Origin: Candidatus Krumholzibacteriota bacterium
GTDB taxonomy: Bacteria > Krumholzibacteriota > Krumholzibacteriia > JAJRXK01
DNA length: 64,000 nt
Assembly (NCBI GenBank): GCA_963727455.1
Contig: CAVSGG010000005.1
Span: forward strand, 352,001 to 416,000
Direction: 5' to 3'
Below, piece by piece: positions 19,001 through 27,723 of the stretch. Positions within the stretch are counted from its first letter, which is position 1; every line of letters starts with the position of its first letter. A program made the translations under genes and the position numbers. The notes beneath the pieces were generated by a model. That model was not told the origin of the DNA. It worked only from the letters and a program-made list of their open reading frames with translations, and did no database searches.

Positions 19001-20174
19001 CGACGATCCGGCGGATTCACCGCCAATCGGGGCTGTTCTGCGCGACGCCATCGTGATGCTCGGCGGCAGCGCCTTCACCGATCACAACTCGCTCAAGTAT
19101 GCACTCTTCGGGGACCCAGCCTTGTCTCTGGCCACCGCAAAGAAGGGCCTGGTGCTGACTGGCGCGCTCACCGACACCATCGCCACCGGTACGCTCTCGC
19201 AAGTGGTGGGCCGCAAGACGGACGGCCAACTCCTCTCCGGTCGCTACGAGCTCCTCGCGCGGGAAGCCCGCGATCACTCCGGCTATTCGCGCGTGGACAA
19301 CGACACCACCATTTTCCACATCCCCTATGTGCTGGACGGGGCGGCGTTCTTCAAGGGCCAGGGCACTGCCTCCGGGGAGAGCCTGCGAGTCGATCTTCCC
19401 GTGCCCGTCAGCTTGCGCGCGGGGAGCGATGGCCGGGTCCGTATGCTCTACGAAGACGATGGCCTGGAAAGCTCGGAGCTGGTCGGCATCTCCGATCCCG
19501 TGCCCGTCGTTCTCCGTTCCAGCTCCAGCGATGACACCGACGGCCCCACCATCCAGCTGAGTTTTTCCACCGCCTCGGTCATCGTGGTCCCCGGAGACAC
19601 CCTCAGCGTTCGGATCAGCGACCCGAGCGGGATCAACGTGTTGGGCACAACCCCGGCCAGCCGCATCAACGTCGATTTCGATTCGCGCGGTTTCCCGTTG
19701 GACATCACTCGCCTCTTTCGGCTGGATGAGGGACGCTTCGACAGCGGCGGCCTGAACTATCCGCTACCGTCCGATCTGGAGCCGGGCGCACACACCATGC
19801 AGGTGAGCGCCAGCGATACGCGCGGAAATCTCTCGAAGGCTTCGATAAGTTTTACTCTGCGTCAGCCGGGCGCGCTGGAGATCACCGACGCGGTGGCCGT
19901 GCCCAATCCGTTTTCACGGGCCACGAGATTCGTGGTCGATTTGAGCGATGCGGCGCGCGTCGAGATTGGGATTCACTCACTCGACGGGCGGCTCATTCGC
20001 AAGCTCGAAGACGTACAGAATCAGCGAGGAGTTCTCGTCATCGATTGGGATGGCTTGGATTTCCGGGGGGACGAGATTGCCAACGGCGCGTATCTCTATA
20101 CGGTACGGGCGACCTTTCTTCAGGCATCACAACTCAGCTTGACCAAGACGGGTCGAGTGGTACGGATGCGTTAG
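16098..20174 (+). CDS. porU: PorU-like peptidase C25 (gingipain-fold) sortase with C-terminal FlgD-Ig/T9SS sorting domain
   Basis: GLYRL.Y, LLVGDAS.DY, SDDWF, LGRMPV, catalytic HYIGHGS and FSCD, ALFGDPA, DTDGP.I, and a C-terminal PNPF...WDGLD..GD.IANGAYLY. Immediately followed by porV. Confidence 0.85.
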   Translation: MRAVPQTPRVLLGAIFVLTLTHCAAMASPAFELQVLEQSADRTTFRVILPTQGERFARVQKFVLALPSSRAPRLEVLHRRDVYDESDQRGVELPGMEDLTQLGRPHRVRGVWRAVLSLSLLYRGQDGRPRRLQEIEITVNHPAAAGEFAPPPALGAFDPAVHFAAAPFVNPAAARSFRRASILRQSASAKVAGENDTFARSSHWLRLEISRTGLYRLRYEDLEALLQADAASIDPASLRLFSAPQLLQAIDPNKPGQSWESDYELKERAISVVASAPAAGMGAGDYILFYAGGIDTWMDRHDPSVDDPYAHVEHQYADHLALWLSWDEIGLSDSTFPASPQRMSQLDATPDPDPAQDLSDYRDRLHLEDSAAMRYGIVKDNWTMTSSPLRAGEGFTKNWTTDHVLADSTAYIFVNPVMIPASSVASIELLSNGTNAGNYTWSSALQLSGEIVRFGGAAMAPLDGGNQIQIVNRSTSVKIDLDLIDLSYRRGFFTRSGSLEWMVFPDEAATPVSRTMHLRDEEQASAGFDLESLVLNTTDPDHPVILTGAAVDQDSQGLRFKSVLQAGEHFAAYESAALLKVEAMKLGRPRLLRSEVFAQGGWDYLAVGPADLIAGADELVNYHSQVLRDPNGQLLPAPRVTDVDLQDIWDNFGYGVKEPAALRNFLKFCYLHPVRQEAGRQTQYALLVGDASRDYRSRLPGSTGEEERDRCPTFVQTHWPYSNETQAGQSQYAPYASDDWFGAFDAPDSSTSVFSSHLAPYDLPELGLGRMPVADLSEARLMVRRATEYQTAPEPGGWRNDVLLVCDDEVGLASGSVRETMHINEGEILAESLIPDVVDVTKLYLTEYPNPPGPRNKPAARAEMRRSWSDGKLIVHYIGHGSPRQLADEKVFLIEDVAALTNESRLPLFLAFSCDVSIFDSPTEKSMAEQLVLHEGGGAIASIAATQVTFVQSNDNLTNDFYPLLFPSDDPADSPPIGAVLRDAIVMLGGSAFTDHNSLKYALFGDPALSLATAKKGLVLTGALTDTIATGTLSQVVGRKTDGQLLSGRYELLAREARDHSGYSRVDNDTTIFHIPYVLDGAAFFKGQGTASGESLRVDLPVPVSLRAGSDGRVRMLYEDDGLESSELVGISDPVPVVLRSSSSDDTDGPTIQLSFSTASVIVVPGDTLSVRISDPSGINVLGTTPASRINVDFDSRGFPLDITRLFRLDEGRFDSGGLNYPLPSDLEPGAHTMQVSASDTRGNLSKASISFTLRQPGALEITDAVAVPNPFSRATRFVVDLSDAARVEIGIHSLDGRLIRKLEDVQNQRGVLVIDWDGLDFRGDEIANGAYLYTVRATFLQASQLSLTKTGRVVRMR

Positions 20175-20249
20175 AGAAAGGGGCAACCTACGATTCATGT
20201 TTCACATCAGCTGGAGCGCCAACCCATTCCGACACAGGAGGACGAATCA

Positions 20250-21242
20250 GTGAACCGCTCCCTAATGGCCGTCTTGGCCGCACTCATCATCGTGACCGCA
20301 TTTTCAGGGCAAGCTTTGGCGGTGAGCCAGGCAGGCGCGATTTCCCTGACCTTTCCCATCGGAGCGCGCTACAACGCGCTGGGGGAGGCGGGGACTGCGC
20401 TCAGTACGGATATCGCTGCCATGTGGTGGAACGCGGGAGGATTCGCATTCGCGGCAGACGGCGGGAAACGCCGTGGCTTCGAATTCATGGATACCAAACT
20501 CGTACCCGATCTTGCCAATGACGTGCGCTTGGATTTTCTCGGCTACGGCCAGTACGTCGAGGGCTGGGGCATGATGGGGGTCTACATCGACTACCTCAAC
20601 AACGGACAGCAGACGCAAACCGACGAAGGAGGGCAGGTTCAAGGGACCTTCGGTTCGTACGAGTTCTCGGTGGGCTTTGCCTACGGCGTGAAAATGACTC
20701 CGCATTTGGGGGTCGGCGTCGGCGTCAAGTACTTCCGCAACGAGCTGGCGCCGGACAGCGCAACCCAGGACCGTGGCTCAGGCTCCGGTTCGACCTGGGC
20801 CATCGATACGGGTCTGCACTACCGGGTCAACGATCGCGTGCAACTGGGGGCCGCCCTGACCAACCTCGGTCCGGACATCACCTTCATCGATGCCGACCAG
20901 TCCGATCCCATGCCGCTCACGCTTCGCCTGGGAGTCGCCACGACGGCCTACCAGTCCGAGTACATGGGATTCTTGGTGGTTGGCGATTATCTCAACAGTC
21001 TGGTTAGCCAGGACAACACGCAGATCTACGGCGGTGGCGTCGAGTGGAACTACGTGGAAAGTCTTTTCATCCGCTTGGGCTACAAGGATGACAGGGAAGG
21101 AGAGATCCAGGACTACACTTGGGGCTTGGGTGTCGACCTGACCCGTTGGACGGGGCAATCGATTTCGATGAACTACGCGAGCGTGCCGCAGGCCAAGGAC
21201 CTGGATCGCGTGAACCGAATCTCCCTCAGCTTCCTCTTTTGA
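20250..21242 (+). CDS. porV: PorV/PorQ-family outer-membrane beta-barrel
   Basis: Signal peptide, LTFPIGARYNALGEA, MWWNAG, DPMPLTLRLG and terminal RISLSFLF. Confidence 0.85.
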   Translation: MNRSLMAVLAALIIVTAFSGQALAVSQAGAISLTFPIGARYNALGEAGTALSTDIAAMWWNAGGFAFAADGGKRRGFEFMDTKLVPDLANDVRLDFLGYGQYVEGWGMMGVYIDYLNNGQQTQTDEGGQVQGTFGSYEFSVGFAYGVKMTPHLGVGVGVKYFRNELAPDSATQDRGSGSGSTWAIDTGLHYRVNDRVQLGAALTNLGPDITFIDADQSDPMPLTLRLGVATTAYQSEYMGFLVVGDYLNSLVSQDNTQIYGGGVEWNYVESLFIRLGYKDDREGEIQDYTWGLGVDLTRWTGQSISMNYASVPQAKDLDRVNRISLSFLF

Positions 21243-21306
21243 GCTGAGACAGAACGACTTGAAACGCGAAGCTCAGTTGAACGCGATCAGAGCCGGAGGT
21301 CAGTGA

Positions 21307-24300
21307 ATGTCATGCCGAGCAAGCCAGGGCCCAAGGCCTTCGTCGAGTGCATCACGCTCGCTGACTCTGCGCGCTCTTGGATTGTCTGGTCTGCTCCTGT
21401 GGGGGTTGGCGCTCCCTCTTCACGCCGATGCGGCCAGACCAAGTCAATCCGAGGTGGTGCGCGTACGCTCCTATCCCTCGCTCACGCTTCGCCGTTCCCC
21501 TTTGCCCAGCCAGCTGCCGCCGGCGCAGCTGCAAGAGCTGGAGAAGAGAGAGGAGAGCGAGGAACTGGTGCGGCGCCATCTGGGACCGCACGGAATTTCG
21601 CGCAAGGGTCTGGCGCGCGCGCAACGCCGCCGCGAGATCGTGTCGACCAAGGGCCTGGCCGCGGCGGGAGTCGATACGCTGCACGTCTTGGTCGTTCTCA
21701 TCGACTTCGACACCGATAAATCGGGTTCTCTCACCAGTGTCACGAAGGATGGCGGTTTCAGCTGTGATCCGGATACCTCGCTCATCTTCGACCCACCACC
21801 GCACGACCGGAACTTCTTCCGCTCTCACATCGAAGGTCTGGGACGCTATTGGTCGTCCATGAGCAACGGCCGGCTCGTGGTGGATGCGCGGGTGTATCCA
21901 CCGGCCGATCCCAGTTCGGACCGCTATCCCTGCAACGCCATCAGCTTGAGCGACATCGCCGATTTTGGTCCCGGCTCGGGGGGCTTCTGGGATCTCGACG
22001 GGCTGGTGAAGCTGGTGCAATCCATGATCACCGCGACGGACGAAGCTTCCTTGGATGACCCAAGCTTGAATCTGGCGGATTTCGATTTCGACAACCCGAA
22101 CTCCTACGTGATCTTCGCGCACGCGGGAGGCGACCTCCAGAGCAACCTGGTATGGACTCCGGGGAGCGAGGGTTATTCGCCCAACGACATCCCCACCTTT
22201 TTCGTGCTCTTCGGAGACGATGATAAGGTTCCCTTGCAATCGGTGGACGATGTCACCAGCACCCAGGGTCTCATGACCGAGTGCAGCATCATTCCCGAGA
22301 GCACCACCCAGGACGGATTGGTGGGGAGCATTGCCGCCGCGCTCTACCACGAGTTCGGGCATTCCCTGGGCCTGCCCGATCTCTACAGTACCTATACTGG
22401 GCAACCCACGGTGGGCTGGTGGGATCTCATGGACAGCGGGACGAATCTACCCGCGGTGGTTCAGCTGCAAGCGGGGGGCGATCCCATCCAGGTGACGGGA
22501 CTGCTCCCACCCAGCATTGGGCTCTGGTCGAAGTGGTTTTTGGGATGGGTCGATCCGATCCGGGCCACCGCGCAGACCAAGTCGATCGATCTTCCGGCCT
22601 CCTACCTGCAGGGCCGAGACGACAAGGGCTTGCTCCTGGATACCGGGAGCGACGAATTCTTTCTGGTGGAAAATCGCTGGGTTCCACCCTTCGTTCCGGT
22701 GGACGGGAGTGGGAACCCGAAGTGGGTGCTGATCCGCGATCCGGATACCGGAGTGGTTCTCTATCTGGGTGAGAACACTGACGAGGCTCGCCCCGCGAAC
22801 ACCAATCTCTATGACTTCTTCATGCCCTGGGCGGGTGGTGCCATGGTGTGGAGAGTTCGCGAGGACCTGATCGACCAGCGCATCGCCACCAACGAAGTTC
22901 AGGGAGCACCGGGTGATTTCGCACTGGAAATCGTGGAAGCCGACGGGATCCAGGATATCGGAATCTTCGATTTTCGGACTTTTGGATTCGTGGGCAGCGA
23001 CAACGACGCATTTCGCGCGCAGGGCCTCTATCCGAATCCTCCGGTGAATCCTTTCTTCAGCGTGAATTTCGATTCCACCCAAACTGCCTTTGGACCGTGG
23101 ACCATCCCCAGCAGTGAAAGCGCACTCAAAGTGCCCACCGGCGCGGCAATCTGGGACATCTCACGAAGTGATACCATGATGACCATGAAAACCGCGCTCA
23201 AGGTTTCCTCGGTCGCGGACAATTCGCTCTTTCCCGTAGTCTTGCCCCCGGTGGATCGTGCGGAGGGCCCCGTGCCCCTCTTGGGCGACGCGGCGAGCGT
23301 GACGACTCTGGGCGGCCTGGATGCCAGCAGCGCCGTGGAACCGGCCATTCTGGTGAGCGCGGTGCCTTCGGACGGTGGCGCAGGTGCGGGGGTCTTTGCG
23401 TTCACGCCAGCGGGGGAGCCCATTGGCAGCGGGGCCGTGGCAGCTCTGAGTGCACCCACCGCGGGACCCATTGCCTATCTGCCCTCTTTCCGCGGCGCTC
23501 CCGTCTACGCCCTGGCGACGGTGGACGGAAGCCTGGACGTGCGCGATACCGATCTGCTGGCGGGTGGTGCCTCGCTCTCCGGTTTTCCGCTCGCTCTCGG
23601 GGATTCGATCAGCGCCGGTCCCATCGTGCTGCGCCGGGGCTCGGAGTCGCTCTTGGTGACGACGAATCTCGCGGCGAGCCGGATTCACATCGTCGATGAG
23701 AGCGCCACGCTGCACGAGGATTGGACCGACTGGGAGAGCACGAGCGGTTTGGGACTGGCCCCCAACGAGGCCCTGCGCTCTACGCCCGTCGCCGCCGACC
23801 TCGATGGCGACGGAAGCGTGGAATCGATGGTCTTCTTGGCGGGAGGCCGCATCGTGGGCTACGACCTCAGCGGTGCCATGCCCAATCGCGTCCTCGATCT
23901 GCCCGTGCTGGACAAGTTGGGGCCGGTTGGCCCCGACGCTCACTTCGATTTGATCGCTTGGCCCACGGAGGCCGGCGCTTCCCGCGATCGCATTCTGCTG
24001 GCCTTCAGCGAGGCCAGGAGTGGCGATCCCGACGCGATTCTCCTGCGAGTGTTCTACGAGAACGGGGCGTGGAGGTCGGAGTACTTCGGCGAGCGGATGC
24101 CCTATCCCCTCACAGGAGCTCCCGCCTTGGGTGACTTGGATGGAGATGGCCACCGCGACGTGGTGGTCCTGGATCACCAGCGCATCTGGGCCTTCGGCGG
24201 ACCGAGCGGCGCATCCTTGGCTGGCTTCCCGATTCCTCTGCGCGACCAGCATCTCGTCAGTCCCGGTGATAAGCTCATCGACGAGCCCAAGGGCAGTGCA

Positions 24301-24969
24301 ATCGTCGTCGACGTGGACGGTGACGGCCAGAACGAGCTCGTATTCGAAAGCGCGCTGGGACTGCTCTACGCTCTGGAGGCTGACGGCAAGGACAGCTCAG
24401 GCTATCCACGCAAAGTCAGTGGGGGCGGAGTGATCTCCCCGCAGCTCTTCGACTACCTCGATGGAGCACAGCCGAGACGAGCGTTGCTTCTCTTCGAAGC
24501 CGAAGGAGATACCGTGGCGCAGGGGAACGCTCTGCGCAATCCACGTCTGCAAAAACTCGAGCTCCCGCCGCCTCCCGCGCCTCGCCACGACCAGAGACTG
24601 GCCGAATGGCGCGGCCTTTTGGGAAGCGTGCTGCGCACGGGGAGAGCGGTCCCGGGACAGGGTCCGCAGAGTAGCGTTGCTTCGGTCCATGAGGACAAGG
24701 GAGCATTCGTCTATCCCAATCCGGCAGGCGCACAGCTCTACGCCAGAGTGCGTTTCGAGAGTGGGGGCGAACAGACTGCTTCTGCGACGCTGATGAATCT
24801 CGAAGGCGAGAAGCGTTACACGACCACCAAAGAGATTTCCACGGCAGGGACCAACGAGATCGATCTTCCCATCGAGACCCTGGCTTCCGGGCCGTATCTC
24901 TGCCGTATCGAATACCTGGCGCCGGCCGGGCGCCGAGTCGAAATCGTCCCCTTCTACATCGAGCACTGA
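21307..24969 (+). CDS. Secreted M6 (immune inhibitor A-like) metalloprotease with FG-GAP/VCBS repeats and T9SS type A-like CTD
   Basis: FAHAG, HEFGHSLGLPDLY, WDLMDSG, FLVENR; DLDGDG repeats; C-terminal YPNPA...LASGPYLCRI. Start uncertain. Confidence 0.8.
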   Translation: MSCRASQGPRPSSSASRSLTLRALGLSGLLLWGLALPLHADAARPSQSEVVRVRSYPSLTLRRSPLPSQLPPAQLQELEKREESEELVRRHLGPHGISRKGLARAQRRREIVSTKGLAAAGVDTLHVLVVLIDFDTDKSGSLTSVTKDGGFSCDPDTSLIFDPPPHDRNFFRSHIEGLGRYWSSMSNGRLVVDARVYPPADPSSDRYPCNAISLSDIADFGPGSGGFWDLDGLVKLVQSMITATDEASLDDPSLNLADFDFDNPNSYVIFAHAGGDLQSNLVWTPGSEGYSPNDIPTFFVLFGDDDKVPLQSVDDVTSTQGLMTECSIIPESTTQDGLVGSIAAALYHEFGHSLGLPDLYSTYTGQPTVGWWDLMDSGTNLPAVVQLQAGGDPIQVTGLLPPSIGLWSKWFLGWVDPIRATAQTKSIDLPASYLQGRDDKGLLLDTGSDEFFLVENRWVPPFVPVDGSGNPKWVLIRDPDTGVVLYLGENTDEARPANTNLYDFFMPWAGGAMVWRVREDLIDQRIATNEVQGAPGDFALEIVEADGIQDIGIFDFRTFGFVGSDNDAFRAQGLYPNPPVNPFFSVNFDSTQTAFGPWTIPSSESALKVPTGAAIWDISRSDTMMTMKTALKVSSVADNSLFPVVLPPVDRAEGPVPLLGDAASVTTLGGLDASSAVEPAILVSAVPSDGGAGAGVFAFTPAGEPIGSGAVAALSAPTAGPIAYLPSFRGAPVYALATVDGSLDVRDTDLLAGGASLSGFPLALGDSISAGPIVLRRGSESLLVTTNLAASRIHIVDESATLHEDWTDWESTSGLGLAPNEALRSTPVAADLDGDGSVESMVFLAGGRIVGYDLSGAMPNRVLDLPVLDKLGPVGPDAHFDLIAWPTEAGASRDRILLAFSEARSGDPDAILLRVFYENGAWRSEYFGERMPYPLTGAPALGDLDGDGHRDVVVLDHQRIWAFGGPSGASLAGFPIPLRDQHLVSPGDKLIDEPKGSAIVVDVDGDGQNELVFESALGLLYALEADGKDSSGYPRKVSGGGVISPQLFDYLDGAQPRRALLLFEAEGDTVAQGNALRNPRLQKLELPPPPAPRHDQRLAEWRGLLGSVLRTGRAVPGQGPQSSVASVHEDKGAFVYPNPAGAQLYARVRFESGGEQTASATLMNLEGEKRYTTTKEISTAGTNEIDLPIETLASGPYLCRIEYLAPAGRRVEIVPFYIEH

Positions 24970-24983
24970 CGCCGGGAGGAAGC

Positions 24984-25952
24984 ATGCGCGCCACCATATC
25001 ACTTCTTCTTTTCCTCGTATTTTCCGCCGGTACCGCGCGGGCGGCAGAGACTTCGACTCCCTTCAATCCCGCAATCCAGACGACCCATCTCGTGTCGCGC
25101 GGATCGGCTGCGGAACTCCTCGAAGATGCTTCGAGCCCGGATACGCCCACGTATCGCTTCAGCGCGAGGCAGGCCGATCGGCTCCTGGCGCAGGAGGGCG
25201 AATCGGTCCCGCACTGGGAGGGAGGTCAATCTTCGGGGGCACCGCGGCGCTGGTGGTCGCTTGCTCTCTCCGCCGCCGTTCCCGGACTCGGCGAGGCAGT
25301 GACCGGGCATCGCCGCGGATACTTTTTCATGGCGGCCGACGCGGCATCGATTTTCGGTGCGATCCACTACAACAAAAAGGGCGATGACAAGGAGAATGAG
25401 TACATCGCCTTCGCCGACGCACATTGGCATCAAGCGGATTGGGAGGAGGCGCTGCGAACCGTGGACACTTCGCCTTGGTTTGGAACAAATTATGAGAAGA
25501 AGGAGGACGTTCCGCTCTACGTTTCCAAGGAAGAGGACGCGCGAGAGTATTATGAGAACCTGGGCAAGTGGGACATCTTCTGGTACGGCTGGGAGGATTC
25601 CAAACCCACCAGCATTGGCGACACCGACATCACCTGGGACTGGACGAATCCTCCCGCGGACTTCATTACTCCGCTGCGCAACCAATACCTCGACATGAGG
25701 ACCGCGAGCAACGATGCCTATGGCAACCGAGACAAGTTCCTGACTGCGAGTTTGCTCCTCCGGCTGGTCAGCGTCCTCCAGGTCGCGTACTTGGAGGGTT
25801 TTATCGGCGGGCGATACAAGAACGACTATGAGGGACCGGGAGTGGGCGGCTCCCTGGCGCATTGGCAGAAGAGTCACGGCGCTCAGGTGAATTGGTTCGT
25901 CGATGCGAGGAGCATCGACCACACCCGCTTGGGTCTTCAGGTGAGGTATTGA
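24984..25952 (+). CDS. Exported/membrane hypothetical protein (DUF5683-like S..PG.G motif)
   Basis: Signal peptide, LALSAAVPGLGEAVTG, EYYENLGKW.F..GW and an amphipathic terminal strand RLGLQVRY. Confidence 0.55.
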   Translation: MRATISLLLFLVFSAGTARAAETSTPFNPAIQTTHLVSRGSAAELLEDASSPDTPTYRFSARQADRLLAQEGESVPHWEGGQSSGAPRRWWSLALSAAVPGLGEAVTGHRRGYFFMAADAASIFGAIHYNKKGDDKENEYIAFADAHWHQADWEEALRTVDTSPWFGTNYEKKEDVPLYVSKEEDAREYYENLGKWDIFWYGWEDSKPTSIGDTDITWDWTNPPADFITPLRNQYLDMRTASNDAYGNRDKFLTASLLLRLVSVLQVAYLEGFIGGRYKNDYEGPGVGGSLAHWQKSHGAQVNWFVDARSIDHTRLGLQVRY

Positions 25953-25954
25953 TC

Positions 25955-26739
25955 ATGCGCGCGAAATTCACCATCTACTTGGCACTTGTGACCCTTCTCA
26001 CCGGACTCGGTTCGGCCCGAGCGGAAGATGGAGGAAGATTGAGCTCCATCATGAGGGAGAGCTCGGATCGCGCGGTCGCCCAGCAATCCCATCCGGACCA
26101 CGTCACTGCACCGGTCTTCGGGGGAGAAATCGGGGCCCGACTGAAGCACGCGTCGCATTCTCTTCTGCTTCCAGGTTGGTCGCAACTCCGCTCGCACCAC
26201 AAGTACCGGGCTGCCTTCTTCTTGACGGCGGAGGCCGCGATCTGGACTTCTTTCGCGGTGTTCAAGGTACAGGGTCACAGCCGGGAAAACACCTACCAGG
26301 ATTACGCGGTAAATTTCGCCGGAATCTCTCCCGGCAATCGAGATGACAACTACTGGCGCGCCTTGGGTGTCTACTCAGACAGCGATGCGTACAACGAGGA
26401 CCGGCGCCGCGACCTGCGGATCGGTCTAGATCCCTCCGGGCCGGAGTATGCCGGGGGTGACGCCTGGCAGTGGCAGAGTGAGGCCCGTTTCGAGGACTAC
26501 AACGCCCTCCGGCGAGACGCCAACAGCGCTTATGACAATGCGGACCTGGTGGTGGTATTGGCCTTGGTCAACCGCCTCGTGTCGTTCGTCGACGCCATGC
26601 GGAGCGGCCCCCCCAAGAAGGGGCAGACGACGCTCCGAATCATCTGCTGAACGCCGGTGGGTTTGGGATGGATCTCGGCGTGGGCCCCGATGCGAACGGG
26701 GGGGTGGCCTCCTCGTTCACTCTAAGCCGGAGCTTCTGA
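25955..26739 (+). CDS. Paralogous DUF5683-like protein with an apparent frameshift at the C7 tract (26608-26614)
   Basis: SLLLPGWSQL motif like the upstream paralog. As sequenced it stops at 26650. One extra C gives ...GPPQEGADDAPNHLLNAGGFGMDLGVGPDANGGVASSFTLSRSF with a stop at 26737-26739, 4 nt before the next gene. Confidence 0.55.
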
Positions 26740-26743
26740 GGGT

Positions 26744-27709
26744 ATGCGCTGGCGCGTCACCCTCTGGTTTCCTCTCGCAGCTCTGCTCTTGGGCGCCTGC
26801 GGGGACGCGCCTCCGCCGCGTCTCTATGGCCTGGCGAAATTGGATGCGCCCGCTCCACGCGAATTTCAATTCGAAGGCGCGCTGGAGAACCGGAGGTCCG
26901 AACCCTACGCACCCCTGATGCAAATATCAGCCGTCGCCGTACTGCCGGACGGTCGCATGTTTTTTTCCGACATCGGGAGTGGACGCATTCACCGCTTCGA
27001 CAAAGACGGCGAGTATCTGGGAGCGGTGGATCGCCCTTCGGTCGGTTTTGCTCCCTTGGACCTTGCCACTCTTGGCTTTCACCTCTACGCACTCGATCGG
27101 AGCGAACAGAAGGTCTATCGCTTCAACCGAGACGGGGTATTGCGCGACATGGTGCTCGACCTCAATGCGCTCGATCTGGATCGGCCGGTGCGAATTTCCG
27201 CATTCGACTTCGACCGTGACGGACGCTTGGCACTCGCGGACGTGGCGGGACATCGGGTCCTGGTCACCAGCCCCTTCCTGAAGTTCGATTATTCCGTCGG
27301 TGAGTACGGCCAATTCCTGGGACAGTTGAACCAGCCGGACGGCGTGTGTTTCGGTCCCAGCGGTTTTCTCTACGTTTCTGACAAGGGCAACTCGAGAGTC
27401 GAAGTGTTCGACGAAACTGGTCAAGTTCTGGCGGCGACTCCGGGGCTCGAAGCGGTCCACCCGCTGATGGTCGCGCCGGCCGGTCTCGATACGGATCGTT
27501 TCGGGAACGTCTACGTCACGGACGCCGGAATGGGTGTGGTCCACGTCCTGGCGCCCGACCTCCACTACCTGACGGCGGTGGGAGGCGATGAGTTCGCCTC
27601 CGACCACTTGCGGTCCCCGGTGGACTGTGTGGTGGGGCCGGACGATCGACTCTACGTGATAGATGCGGGTCGAAACGCCCTGCTCGTCTATCGAATCGTC
27701 TTCCCCTGA
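26744..27709 (+). CDS. NHL-repeat beta-propeller lipoprotein
   Basis: Lipobox LLLGAC and repeats such as LNQPDGV..GPSG.LYVSDKGNSRVEVF and P.G...D..GNVYVTD. Confidence 0.8.
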   Translation: MRWRVTLWFPLAALLLGACGDAPPPRLYGLAKLDAPAPREFQFEGALENRRSEPYAPLMQISAVAVLPDGRMFFSDIGSGRIHRFDKDGEYLGAVDRPSVGFAPLDLATLGFHLYALDRSEQKVYRFNRDGVLRDMVLDLNALDLDRPVRISAFDFDRDGRLALADVAGHRVLVTSPFLKFDYSVGEYGQFLGQLNQPDGVCFGPSGFLYVSDKGNSRVEVFDETGQVLAATPGLEAVHPLMVAPAGLDTDRFGNVYVTDAGMGVVHVLAPDLHYLTAVGGDEFASDHLRSPVDCVVGPDDRLYVIDAGRNALLVYRIVFP

Positions 27710-27723
27710 GAGGGGACGGGCCC

